A DNA stretch of 63,998 bases, counting the filler, from Diploschistes diacapsis (lineage: Eukaryota): assembly GCA_023645945.1 (NCBI GenBank). It is 8 parts of 8 records of this genome, joined end to end, with 100 filler letters (N's around TTAATTAATTAA, not from the genome) between each part and the next. Parts side by side here need not be neighbours in the genome. Positions count along the whole stretch, not along the records: positions 10,465 to 15,582 come from JALAIB010001598.1; positions 15,683 to 20,800 come from JALAIB010001599.1; positions 20,901 to 48,497 come from JALAIB010000160.1; 5 more parts are not named here. One strand, given 5' to 3'. Under the pieces are notes generated by a model. It was not told where the DNA came from. It did not search any database and saw only the letters and a list, made by a program, of their open reading frames with translations. Below, in pieces: positions 12,570 to 24,164 of the stretch. The position numbers were made by a program, and so were the translations under genes. Each line of letters begins with the position of its first letter. Position 1 is the first letter of the stretch.

Positions 12570-15014
12570 CTAGAGAGTATATAAAGACTCCGGGTTCTCC
12601 TTATCTGTCAGATCCAACCATTCCTGGTTCTCTGCCTTAACATAGGAAGGTTGAGCCCTGATTGCGGCATTCTTCTTGTTCTTATGACGGCAGTACACCC
12701 AGATGAACAAGAGATCGCATATACACAACACCCAGCAAACGATGATTGTGAGCTCAGCTGGTCTGTAATTCGGAGCGTCCTTTGTTTGAAAGGTTTGGGG
12801 GCCTGTTGAGATTAGTGGCTGTAGCGTCATTGACGGAAGTGGCTCAGTCAAAAGAGATTCTAGGGCATGTTACTCACCGATAATGTTGCCCACGCAGTAT
12901 GCAATCAAGTACATGGCGGCACAAGTTGTCTTCTTGGTATATCCAGCAATGTTGGAAGATATGAGCGATAACAACGCAACAAAAGGAGCAGGACTAGCCT
13001 GCGTTAGGTAGTACCCAATCAGCCGGCCAACTGAATTGCTGATAGGTAGTGCAATGATGAGTACCACCCCAAGTATCGCGAACACTAGGAAAAAAATACT
13101 AGTGAAGATTCTTTGTCCCAACCTGTCCCCGAGATAGCCGCTAACAAGGAGTGTGATCACTTCCACGGCTCCACCGGGAGTGCCGTACAACAGACTTTGT
13201 ATTTCAGTGAATCCAAAGCTCTCGATGAGAATAGAGAAGAAATTAGATATTCCACCGTTAGGGATGTTAGCTGAGAAAAGTCAGCACTCGAACACTGGCT
13301 CAGCCAAGACCATTTACCAATAAGGGCATATACAACAAATGCCCAGACCAGAGGATCCAAGAGTGCTTCTTTGAATTGATATAATTTGAAATGCTTATTT
13401 CCGATGCCCTGTTGATTGCTTCTTACTCTCTCAACTGCGAGAATGCGCTCCTCTTTGGTTAGAAATTTGGCATTCAGCTGGTTGTCCGGCATTACAAAAA
13501 GGAATACAATGCCGATAATAGTTGTTAAAAGGCCGTTGAGCAAGAAAATAATCTTCCAAGGTGCCATGGTAAAGCCATGCTCAATAGCACCGGTAGCGAT
13601 TCCATAGGCAACTAGGCCTCCAAAGATTTGGCCAAAGCCATTGAAGCTTGCAAACGGTTAGCAACTTAAAGACAGAGCATATGCACGGATGAATGAAAAT
13701 GTTGTCACTAATGGTATGATCACATTGTCTGGACCATACACATAAAGCTTTGTAGAGGAAGCTTGCGGATTGTGATTTCAAGAGTTTGCGGACGAATCCA
13801 GCAATGTTCGTCCCAATTCAACATGCTTGCAAATGGTAAAATGAATATTGAAGAAACTGCCAGAGTTTCTGGTATGGGGAGAAAACAGGAAATTTAACAA
13901 CTCACCTAAACCATATTCCAGTTCGTGCCCCCTGCTCCTTCTTCGTGTACCACTAGGAACTCGTGAGTCGACAGCAGAGCAGATGTCAATTAAGACATAC
14001 TTGAGAGGTAAAAAGGGCAAACCCAGGGGTAACTGCAGCCTCGAAAACCCCAAGAAAGAAGCGTATTGCAACTGCTCCGGAAAAATTATAGACAGTAGCG
14101 AATAGGCAGAGCACAATCCCCCACATGATAATATTGAATGCAGAGTACTTCGCCAATGGCAGTCTTTGCAGGAGCCTGTTAGTCGGATACTCCCACGCCA
14201 GATAGCCTGCGGTACAGTAAGCTTAATTATGCGGGAGTTGGCGCACGCGGCGATGAGGTATACCAAAGTAGAACATTGAGGACAGCTATAGGAATATTAG
14301 CAAAATCCCCAGGCCATATTTAAATGCACAAAGTAAGAAGTGTTGTTCTTGCGATCGACGCTGGATTGACAGCTCTAGTCGATCACTAAGTCTCGCTCGC
14401 GCCGTGTTCATGCTGTGCTCATAGGAGCTTCACTTGTCGCGTTTGAACTGGTTTTAAACTCTCATCCGGGACGATCCAAGCTTCACTTAGTGTTAATGTA
14501 TATATAATGTACGGCACATAAGTAGCAATTTCTGTGCCGTTCCCCTCCGCCAGGTTTGACGCAAACTTCGAAAAGGAAACCCACATACCCATTGGTAATT
14601 GTCTCCCACTAGATGAATATCTTTTTGGATACCGGTTATGCTAGCATAAGACAGAGTTGTTTCTCCATGATCGTTAGACCAAGTTTCAAGATGGTTTGAC
14701 TATCGTACTGTCTAAGTAGTTCAGCCCGTATATCACGCAGAGAAGCTGCTTGAGCGTAAGCCACTCTGTGCTTGCCAGCAGAGAATCAAGCGAACCGGCA
14801 GAATGTGGATATCTATCTTTCTGAGCAATCTGCGATTAGTTGCTTCATCAAGCACGATACGCTCCCCTTCGTGGCCTATGAAGGCTTTCATGGCCTCGTC
14901 CGCGTCTAGCCCATGCCTGAAGATCACCTCCGAGGCAGTCTTTTTCTCGTCATTTTGCAGGCCTACTTCCTTCTCCTGGACGACAGGGTCGGCCCCGATG
15001 CGCTGATCCGCCAT
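12570..15014 (-). CDS. Allantoate permease-like MFS transporter (DAL5/anion:cation symporter family), multi-exon
   Basis: LLRKIDIHILP, LNYLDKTTLSYA, WEYPTNRLLQRLP, RFFLGVFEAAVTPGF, WYTKKEQGARTGIWFS, SNIAGYTKKTT, GPQTF, DLTDKENP; canonical GT-AG introns. Confidence 0.9.
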
Positions 15015-15582
15015 TGTAAATAGGTTGACTGTTCAGTGGATGTTGGAGCATTGAACAGTACGAGAAGCAAAGAAAACCGGGCCTGAGGGCAGAATATACG
15101 TACAGTTCCGCCATGATAACAAGGATCGTGCTTCTTATCGCAAGAGGCAGGTGGATTCAGAATGACGTGTGCAAGCTCTGCGAAGTACGAAGTAGCGTAG
15201 AGCACAAGCAGAGTGCTATCTTAGCTTGAGCTTTGGGACGAGGCGATTCAGGAGCACCACCTGCTCCCCACCCCGGTCACATATAGTGTGTCTGCCAAGC
15301 TGTTTAGCTCATATCTAGTTCCCATAATAATTAATATACATTACATACACGAGCCACACTGCGTCACAAGCGTGCCATCTCCGATGCATCCATATAAATC
15401 ACAAAAAGTTAAGTTAATTTTAAAACAAACGCGGATTAGATCCGCCTAAATAACTATATAGGAGGCCAAATCTCTATATAGAAATGCCGTAAAAGATCAA
15501 AACTGATTAAATTAGGGCTTTAAAGCCCTCTGCGCCCCAATATAACCCCCCAAAAGCAGTCACCACACCCCCTATCCAGCCC

Positions 15583-15682
15583 NNNNNNNNNNNNNNNNNN
15601 NNNNNNNNNNNNNNNNNNNNNNNNNNTTAATTAATTAANNNNNNNNNNNNNNNNNNNNNNNNNNNNNNNNNNNNNNNNNNNN
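15583..15682. other. Artificial contig spacer
   Basis: N44-TTAATTAATTAA-N44. Confidence 0.99.
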
Positions 15683-16400
15683 ATATTATATTATCGCTTT
15701 TTTTATAGCTTTTAAATAATCTTAATTTTTAAAAAATAAATGTTTTATTTTTTTTAAACTTAACTAAATTAGTTTTAATAATTTTCTAAATATCAAGTAC
15801 TTAGATTTTATACTATTTATCGATATTAATATATCCGATTATTATACTAAATCTCGTCTTATTTATTAATTTATTTTATCGTTTAAATAATAACTTCGGA
15901 TTTACGTAGTTATAGCATCTTAATTCCTAGACGCGGATATAATTTATTCACGGTTTTTCGTTTAATTAATATTTAATAGACGTCGCGATTAAACCGTTTA
16001 ATTTAAATCCTATTATCGTTCTATTTCGGATATAATATTAAGCTAATATTGTTTCGTTTTAGAAAACGTATTTTTATTTCGTTCCCTTAAGCATAACACG
16101 GATGTTTTTTTCAGTCGTATATATAAATCTTTCGGCAGTATTATTTTAATTTAACGTATATAATACTATCGATTTCATCTAAATTCTTAAACTTCTTCCC
16201 CAATTCTCGATTAACTATATAAAATGCATTTGAGTTATACGCTTGATAATAACACCATAATAATCCACGTTATAGACCTCCCAATACACGTTCTACGTCT
16301 AATTAAAAAAAGCTTCAACCGCTCTCTCAGCTTCAAAGTAAGCAAATCTATATTTCAATAAAATTTCTATATCTTCTGCGCTAATTGTTTTAATTAACTA
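15683..16400. repeat. AT-rich RIP-degenerated repeat remnant
   Basis: Extreme AT content, TpA enrichment, sharp boundary with gene-rich DNA. Confidence 0.7.
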
Positions 16401-16562
16401 GGGTACGTACTGAAGCACTCCGCTATTTTGGCCCCGCCGGATAAGTATTCCCGAGTTCTCTCAACTTTTGAGTCCGGATGAAATATGGCGGGCTATATTT
16501 CGTGTTGTTTAACTCTCAATAACTAGACTTCGATACGACGCATAACACAAGGTCTTTGTATC

Positions 16563-17259
16563 ATGGCAGTGGCCCAGATTCCTGAACGTGGAGGTAAGCC
16601 GCTCCTCATGTCAGAAGGGCGATGTGGAATTAGTAGTGATGACCCTTCAGTGGAGATTCAGAACCTTTCACTACCACAATTAGGCTCCGTTAAGAAACAG
16701 CTGGACGACGAGCTCGAGCACCTGACAATATCATTTTCAAAACTTCGCACAGCCCAGAACAAATTTCGTGACTGCATCAAATCCATCCAGAGCGGTGTGC
16801 GTCCTGAGATAGCAGGTCAGAGGGACTACCAGACTTTGTCAATTTCAGAAATGAACTTGAATAGGCTCTACAATCTTAGTGCCACTTACGACCTCGCTCT
16901 ACGTTCCCGGAACTCTAACGAATCAAGACAAGGTCATTGTGGATGTTGGCACAGGGTTCTTTGTCGAGAAGGTAATGAGAAAAGAAACAATGTCTGACAA
17001 TATGTTGAATGACTTTGTAGTCGATCAAGGATGCCGCTTCATTTTACCGGACAAAAATTGAGGAGCTCACGAATAATCTCAAGGATCTAGAGCAAGTATT
17101 GCAAGGCAAGTCAGCGAACATTCGTGCTGTGGAGGACGGTAAGAGCCTGTTTGCAAAATTACACTTGCAAGTAGCTTCTCATCTTAAGCAGTACTTCGTC
17201 AAAAAGTCGTTCATAACAGCAGCGTCAGTGGTCAGAGCCGGCAACTTGAAGAACCATGA
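16563..17259 (+). CDS. GIM5: Prefoldin subunit 5 (Gim5/Bob1), 5 exons
   Basis: LSLPQLGSVKKQLDDELEHL, ILVPLTTSLYVPG, DKVIVDVGTGFFVEK, VLRQKV; four GT-AG introns; stop TGA 17257-17259. Confidence 0.92.
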
Positions 17260-17415
17260 GCATACTACTTTAGCTGTTTGGTAATCGGGACCCGCAGCTG
17301 CTTGAGGTGCATCGACTTCGGCCCCTAATCTATACCATCTCTGCACATCAAAGTGCACGTTCAGCGATCTATACCCCATGTATGGTTGTTGTGAGACCCT
17401 TGAATCGCGCACGAT

Positions 17416-19763
17416 CTAGGAGACGCCAACTTGGCTTAGCGTGTCAACGATAACCCTCATCTTCTGCATGAAATCTTCTAACCTCGAGTTTAATCCTTGG
17501 CCGGGGTAGATGATGGGGAAAAGATCATCTACTTTCACCATTTCAGTCGGGCTAGTTTCATGCCCTGAGCGCTGTGCGGCTGTTAGACAAGGCTCCCACT
17601 GGTCGTAGAAAACCTCTGCTTCCCATTTAGCTACTGAGCGCGAGGTCCATTTCCCCGGTCTTCTCTGGTCAACCTGGAAGTGTTCCCATCTAATGACATC
17701 GACGCCTATACCCTTCCCGTCTCTCAAACTAAAGCTCCAGACCGTCTTTTGAGAAATGGCTTCGAGATCAGGGTGCGTTTGAAAGCTGAAAGCAAGACCT
17801 GTGCCATCGACTCCGTTCGAGAACTTCATTATCGGCTCAGGTTGGACACCGAGGGCAAATCTGCGATGCTCTTCATTGATGGCGTCAGAAGAGCATTCCG
17901 GATGGACCACTAGTTTCCAGGAGAGCCCGCTCCTTATGATCAGTGTATGCTGATTGTCAAATAAGCACACAACACATACCGATGTAATCTTACTGTGCAG
18001 ATCTCTAGAGGCAAGCCACCTACGCCTGCAAAGCGGAAGCTCTTCCATTCTTTGTAAGCGATGTACCCACTACCAGCTCTCCCCGGCAGCCTTTTAACCA
18101 CCAGCTGCGTGTTGTTCTTGGCCATTATACTATTCTCTTGAAAGATAAAGAAGGCTTCATGGGAGGGTTGCACCTCGTTTACGCCTTGATCCTTACTTCC
18201 CCGTGGTATCATAAGGGTCTTGCATTGGTGGACCCTATTGAGAAGCTTGGCTTGGGATGTCCTACCCGAGTCACTCCTATCATTAAGGAAAGCCGTCAGG
18301 TTCCACTTACAGTCTGTGAAGCGAGCCATGCGTTCTCTCATCCCATAGGTTCTCAAGGAAGGGCACCACAGGCTGGTCTTTTGCTTCCTTAGGCTGCCAC
18401 CAGTACGATTGCCAGATAAAGACACCGAGCTTGCAACACATGCGTATTGCTGTCTTGTGAAAACGTGAATACGTCAACGCATCATTAACTGCAGCATTTA
18501 GTACCTCTGTGTTCAATGCCATTATATGTGGGATTTTTGCTTTCCAATCCTCTTCCCATGGTGATATCACGGCAGCTGGGATTAAGCTGGCCCATTTCCC
18601 AGGCTTGTCCGTTCTGATGTCTGTCGCGTGAGATTGTGAAGCTGGACCGGTGGCACTGAGCATAACAATGCGACTGTTCAGGACTTCTGCGGGAGGGTCG
18701 ACCATGGTGATTTTCGTCGGTGGAGTTTCCAATGCCAGCATCTCGCGAAGAATATGCTTGATCGCTTCAATTGTGTCAGAAACGCGCTGTTGGCTCTCTC
18801 CATATATTTTGAAAGCTGAGGTCTCTTTGTGAAAAACGACATGGCATCGATAGCGCCTGCGAATAGGATCGAACCGGCTATATGCCTTCCCGAGCGAAGG
18901 GAGAGGAACATCCGCAGTTGGCCAAAGGAAATACCCCTATAAAATGATTAGATTTGAAGCTGTGGCGGTTGTCCTTTACTTACAGTGCAGGGTACAACAA
19001 GTGCTGCACTAGGCTCCTGACGGAAAAGCATCACCTGTGCAGAAAGCTCCTCTTCATTCTCTCCCTTGTCCTCTTCCTCTCCCTCTCCCCTCTGTTCTTT
19101 CCCTCGGAGCACTTGGGCTGCAGACGCCGTTGTAAAGTTCCGGCCAGATTTTTGCTGCATTTCTCGTTCAAGGACATTGTTTTCCCTATATTGAACACTC
19201 CCGGAAAGCTGAGGCGCGTTGATGGGGGCTTTAACCGTGACTTTTGGTGTTTCAAAGCTTGCCTGTCCTGGATGGTTGTTTTTACCCTGACGCGCACCAT
19301 TCCGTTTCTGGTTTGCAGGTTTAATGGATCCCAGCCACATATGATCATGTTTTGATGGCTTAGTCGCTTTCGGTAACACGGCCTGGGCTATGCTTGCATA
19401 TGTAGGCATGCTCTGGTTTTGTCCAACTGCAGCCTGCGGATCGAGCGTTTTTTGCCTGATAGTGTATTTTGACCGCTCGCTACCAGGAACTTGGGGATGG
19501 GCTGTATTATAGTGAGCTTCTCCACTCGAGGAGAAACTAATTATCGGCGTTCCATTCATACTGCGCGTCCCTATTTGCCCTGACCCATTGGGAGATTGGT
19601 GATTCGACGGGCTCTGCGAGGTTTCCGCACGCACTCGGACATCTATTGGCTGTACAACATCAATTCTGGAATACCCGAAGCCACGCGAATGACTTTCCTG
19701 CTGCACTGTCTGCTTTTCGTTCCATTCTGTGGTGCTATCAGCTTTTCCAATCTTCTCCGACAT
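17416..19763 (-). CDS. Conserved-looking fungal hypothetical protein, multi-exon; start uncertain (possibly upstream near 19873)
   Basis: Low-complexity N-terminal ORF 18948-19763 spliced (gtaagt...tag) to GYFLWPTAD...FDPIRRRYRCHVVF, continuing through ORFs 18307-18741 and 17416-18048. Confidence 0.6.
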
Positions 19764-20800
19764 ACGGTCATGGTGATGATGTTAATCACGAGTTGTACGA
19801 CTTGGGCCGTCCATTGCTGTACGTACCGTCTGCGTTTCTTCTTTCGAAGCTTGAGTGGGATCAGCAGGTCCATGAAGCAGGAAAGCCCAGCGACTTACTC
19901 CATATTGCTACGTCTGAAGGGATAAGAACGCCAGCAGCAACCCAGTGTCAAGAGCACTTTGATAGTATCATGGAAAGTAAAGAGTTGTTTCAGGGAAATA
20001 CTATTCCCAATAGTTGAAGATGGCTAATGGCCTAGTCGATCATCGCTGAACTTGTACCTTTGGGAGGGGTTGAGATTTTACGGCTATCCGTAGTTGGGTG
20101 AGTCCTGTCAATGCAGTTGCAGCCTGGTGAAGAAAAGGCCACCTTCATATAGACACTACAGTGAATGAAGTATTGCAAGTTTGTATTCAGATAACCACCA
20201 TAGGCTGCTATGAGGACTCTACCAAACTTACTTTATTGAATGATACGCAAGGCGATGCATCCTGCCGAACACAGCAATATATCTGATGTTCCTAACAACA
20301 TGTGTCCGATGGGGGTCAACGGTTGGAATATTAGCTAGTTCTACTTCTGCATATCTGAGAGAATGAAACCCGCTAGAATTCAAGCGCTATACTTGAGCAA
20401 AGTATCTTTACCGAGCAGAAAAGGGGAGCAGGGGAACATGGTGCCTGCATAGTGCCACTGCTAACTCATGAATGCATCTTAAAGACATAATAATAACTAG
20501 AAAGTGTGTTTAATTGTACTATGTGATATCATTTATATATCTTAAATTCTATCGATAGTAGTAAGTATATATAATAAAGCGCCGAAAGTAGTTCGGTCCC
20601 TTCAATTTTTTTGATCGAGATTGATTAACTTTTATATTCAAATACCTTTTCCCTGATGCCAAATCGAAAATTCAAAAATCAAATACGCGCATACAGGAGA
20701 TTTTCTAGATAATTTAAAATCATGTGTCTGCCGACGTATTATGTCGCCCTCTAAGTTCTTAGGCGAAGTAGATATATATAAAAACTTAAAAGATGTTTAT

Positions 20801-20900
20801 NNNNNNNNNNNNNNNNNNNNNNNNNNNNNNNNNNNNNNNNNNNNTTAATTAATTAANNNNNNNNNNNNNNNNNNNNNNNNNNNNNNNNNNNNNNNNNNNN
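20801..20900. other. Artificial contig spacer
   Basis: N44-TTAATTAATTAA-N44. Confidence 0.99.
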
Positions 20901-20906
20901 GGCCAA

Positions 20907-21229
20907 GGCTCCGCGACAAACCTCGTAGATTTGGAGCATAGATTACTATTATGTAGATCTCCCCTGCTGGCAATAACGAGCCCGTAATCTAAGAAAATCT
21001 ACTCCAAAAAAGTGACAAAAATTGATCTACGACTGTTGTAGGATCTAAATATCTATAAATTGATGCTTTCTTTCCTCGGACCACTTTATTCTTTTCTTCG
21101 GACTTCAGCTATTTAATCCGGAGTAACATTCGGATTTCAGCGAGATCTACACGCCTGCTTCGTCAGCAGCAAAACCTACTTAACTAATTGAAATCTGCGC
21201 TCCAAATCTACTACGTTTGTTGCGGAGCC
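20907..21229. mobile_element. MITE with about 38-bp imperfect TIRs (PIF/Harbinger-like)
   Basis: Left ggctccgcgacaaacctcgtagatttggagcatagatt vs reverse complement of right end ggctccgcaacaaacgtagtagatttggagcgcagatt (5 mismatches); flanked by CAA / TAA; non-coding interior rich in AGATCT/AAATCTA motifs. Confidence 0.7.
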
Positions 21230-21343
21230 TAATGCATACTAGACGCTAAATAAAAAATATAATGGGGGGCAGAATCCCTTCTCCTTCCTCCTCATATCAG
21301 AGACAGTACTGAAACCCTATTGGCATACCACACAAGCAGCGCA

Positions 21344-21727
21344 ATGCCTGTCACCTTCACGGTCAGCCTAACCAAATAACGTACTGATAGTGAGCTGACC
21401 GACAAGTAGAACCTGTACGCACGAGATGCGGGCCTGGACACCGACTATTACCTGAATGTGCATATGCCATTGGTGGCACGACTGCTGGGGCCCAACATTT
21501 TGCTATCCTGGACGCTGTGGAAATTACCCGACGACAGTCCGTTCTCGTACGAAGCCGCGGTTACTTGGGTCAGTCTCGAGGCACGCGAAATGGCTCTCAA
21601 AACCGAGGCCGGTCAGCAGTGCAAGGATGATGTGCTCAAATTTGTGAAGAAGCCGGCATTGGTGATGTTGCGACAAGAGCTCGGATCGGGTCTGGCGCGG
21701 GATGTCGTTGACCAGCGCGATGCTTAA
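21344..21727 (+). CDS. EthD-family (dimeric alpha-beta barrel) protein, 2 exons
   Basis: Exon 21344-21361, intron 21362-21409 (gtcagc..gctgac..tag), giving MPVTFTNLYARDAGLDTDYYLNVHMPLVARLLGP...LSW...YEAAVTWVSLEA...DDVLKF; matches the EthD pattern LY..(F)D.DYY...HMPLV. Confidence 0.75.
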
Positions 21728-22091
21728 GACTGGGCATGTTACTCGTTAGTCTCAATAGAAATAGTGCTTATCGAGTCTATGGGATCTTCACCTTGCATTA
21801 TTAGGAAGGGGCTTTGAAGCTTGTGTGCTTCCTTCTACCCTGAGTATTTCCGGCACCAGCTAGTCAGCTTGGGATGATGACTGATGACTTGTCCGACTTT
21901 CGCCCTCATATCGATGCTGTCCCAGTCGTGCCCCTGGTTGGTGATTCTTACGCTCTGCATCCCGCAAGTCTGCTCGCCCTCACTATAAGGCTGATGTTCC
22001 AGGAAAGAAATCACTCGACCCTCCGCTTCTGCCTTTCACATCCTTCCGCTGCCGCTCCCCTTATCACTACTAAGGACAGTCTCTCCTCACC

Positions 22092-22904
22092 ATGCCCATC
22101 ATTGCACTTGGCCAGCTCGACTGCCCACGCATTCTCTGTCTGCATGGTGGCGGTCTCAATGCCCAGGCATTCCGTCTCCAGTGCCGTACCCTATCTCGCA
22201 CGCTTGATGGCCAATTTCGCCTAGTTTTTGCTAACGCGCCGTACGAATCGCCAGCTGATCCTAAGGCTCTCCCAGCTTACGCGTCTCTGGCCCCATTTCG
22301 CCGCTGGCTGCGCTGGAAGCCCGAACAGCCCGACCCCGGTCCAGAAGCGATCTGCGCTGCGATAAGCCTCGAGGTCGAGGCGACTATGGCTGCCGATACC
22401 ACCGCTGGGGCCTCGGGGCCATGGATTGCCGTCATGGGCTTCAGCCAGGGTGCAAAGGTTGCGGCCAGCATGCTGCTTATGCAACAGCTGCGAGCCGAGC
22501 AAGGCGTTTCAAAGTCACCATGGGCACAGGAGCCCCTGCCCAACTTTCGCTTCGGTGTCTTCCTGGCTGGACGTGCGCCCTTAGTCGCTCTGGAGCCCGA
22601 TTTGAGCGACTCGCTAGCACTGGCTGATGCCAATGAGCTCACCACGGGAGCCTTTGCTCAAGTCACTGGTGTCTACCTACGCGGCTCCGAGCACGTTCTC
22701 CGCATACCCACCATACACGTGCACGGCTTGCAGGATCCGGGCATTGAGGACCACCGTCGTCTGCTCAAGGACTACTGCCAACCAGGTACAGCTTTCACCC
22801 TGGAATGGGACGGAGATCATCGCGTGCCAATCAAAGCGGCAGATGTCGCTGCTGTTGCGGAGCAGATCCTTTTCGTGGCCAAGAGGACAGGCGTGGTGTC
22901 GTGA
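22092..22904 (+). CDS. FSH1-family serine hydrolase (CitA/AfoC/LovG-like PKS accessory esterase)
   Basis: PRILCLHGGG, PFRRWLRW, nucleophile GFSQGA, PTIHVHGLQD (Asp), WDGDHRVP (His). Confidence 0.92.
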   Translation: MPIIALGQLDCPRILCLHGGGLNAQAFRLQCRTLSRTLDGQFRLVFANAPYESPADPKALPAYASLAPFRRWLRWKPEQPDPGPEAICAAISLEVEATMAADTTAGASGPWIAVMGFSQGAKVAASMLLMQQLRAEQGVSKSPWAQEPLPNFRFGVFLAGRAPLVALEPDLSDSLALADANELTTGAFAQVTGVYLRGSEHVLRIPTIHVHGLQDPGIEDHRRLLKDYCQPGTAFTLEWDGDHRVPIKAADVAAVAEQILFVAKRTGVVS

Positions 22905-23240
22905 AGAGCCGCATCGGCTTCTGGGTGTGGCAGTTTCGTGGCGTACCACATGGACTAACAGTACCACGGCCCCCGTGGTCGGCAATTGCTCCACCGCTCA
23001 TGACATGTCTTGTTCTTGTTTAGCGCCGTCATGAATAATCTTTAAGACGACCTAAGAGATTATGGTAATAGCTCGCGACACTACGGAACGGCTCGAACAG
23101 CGGTCTACCACCACGGTCTACCACCACTGCCTAGATATTCGGTAAGTGGGGGAAGGTGAGGGAAGGCGTGGGGGACACGCGGGAATAGCCGTCTTCGACA
23201 TGCCAATCTGGGCAAGCGCTTATATAAGATTTATTAATCA

Positions 23241-23441
23241 ACGTGTTTCACCAATCACACCACAAAGTGGCTCACTACATTATAATGTAATTGCGCTAGA
23301 TAGTTTTAAGCGAGCTTTTGAGCCCCACAACCACACATGAAATTATCGTACGAAAGGTGAAAATGTTAAGAAATACATTTTACGAAGGTGCAGGGATTGT
23401 GAGCCGCTTTGTGGTGTGATCCGTTGTGTGGTGAAACACGT
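23241..23441. mobile_element. 201-bp MITE (Tc1/mariner-pogo-like ACGT ends) upstream of the PKS
   Basis: Left acgtgtttcacca-atcacaccacaaagtggctcac is inverted to right gtgagccgctttgtggtgtgat(ccgttgtg)tggtgaaacacgt; right end followed by TA. Confidence 0.7.
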
Positions 23442-24164
23442 TAGTAGATTACACAGAATAAAGGCTAGCGCTGAGGCTAAGTTGGGGTCTTTTAACATCT
23501 ATTTTTAATAACAGGATATACCCCTGCTTGAATAGTTAATCGATCATGGCGCCCATCCGAAGATCGCTTGCATACGTATATCCTAGTACTAGTACTTATG
23601 TTCATGCAATATCTTGTTCGACAACCCTAACCTTGACGAGTCAGTCTACACCAGCTTACTTGCACTATCTTGCGTGATTGAAACCATTGTATCCCGAAAA
23701 ACCCTTGTTGGCTAGTGGCCTCTTCACAACCGTTGGCGTACGTTTCTCTGCTCATGGCTTCGAACGATATGCTCCTGCACGCCTGATGGTAGGGGATAAC
23801 GAAACATCAAGGATCCCAAATCCTCTAGGATTCTGTTGAATAATGTTTTGATGCTAGGTCTGAAGCCATGATAGCTCTCTTAAAAGTGTTTGGATTAGTG
23901 GTGGATGTGATTGCAGATGCACTGACATGCATGGGGAAACGTTGTTCGAATCCTGTTGATCATTTCCACTTCAATCACTTCGAATCCTAGACGCAATGAG
24001 GAGGACAACACGGATGGGGAGCTTCTGCATTGTACTCAACCATGCCCGAAGGTTGGTGCAGTACTTCTCAGTGAAGAAGATATCAAATACCACCGCGACC
24101 CCAAACATTTTAGCCAGTAATTGTCTCTCAACAACACAGAGGCTCGCCTTGTTTCAACAGCAAG

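Noticed and set aside
13905..13955. Apparent frameshift in the DAL5-like gene
   Set aside because: Recounting the C-run gives an intact WYTKKEQGARTGIWFS exon; the fragmentation is due to introns
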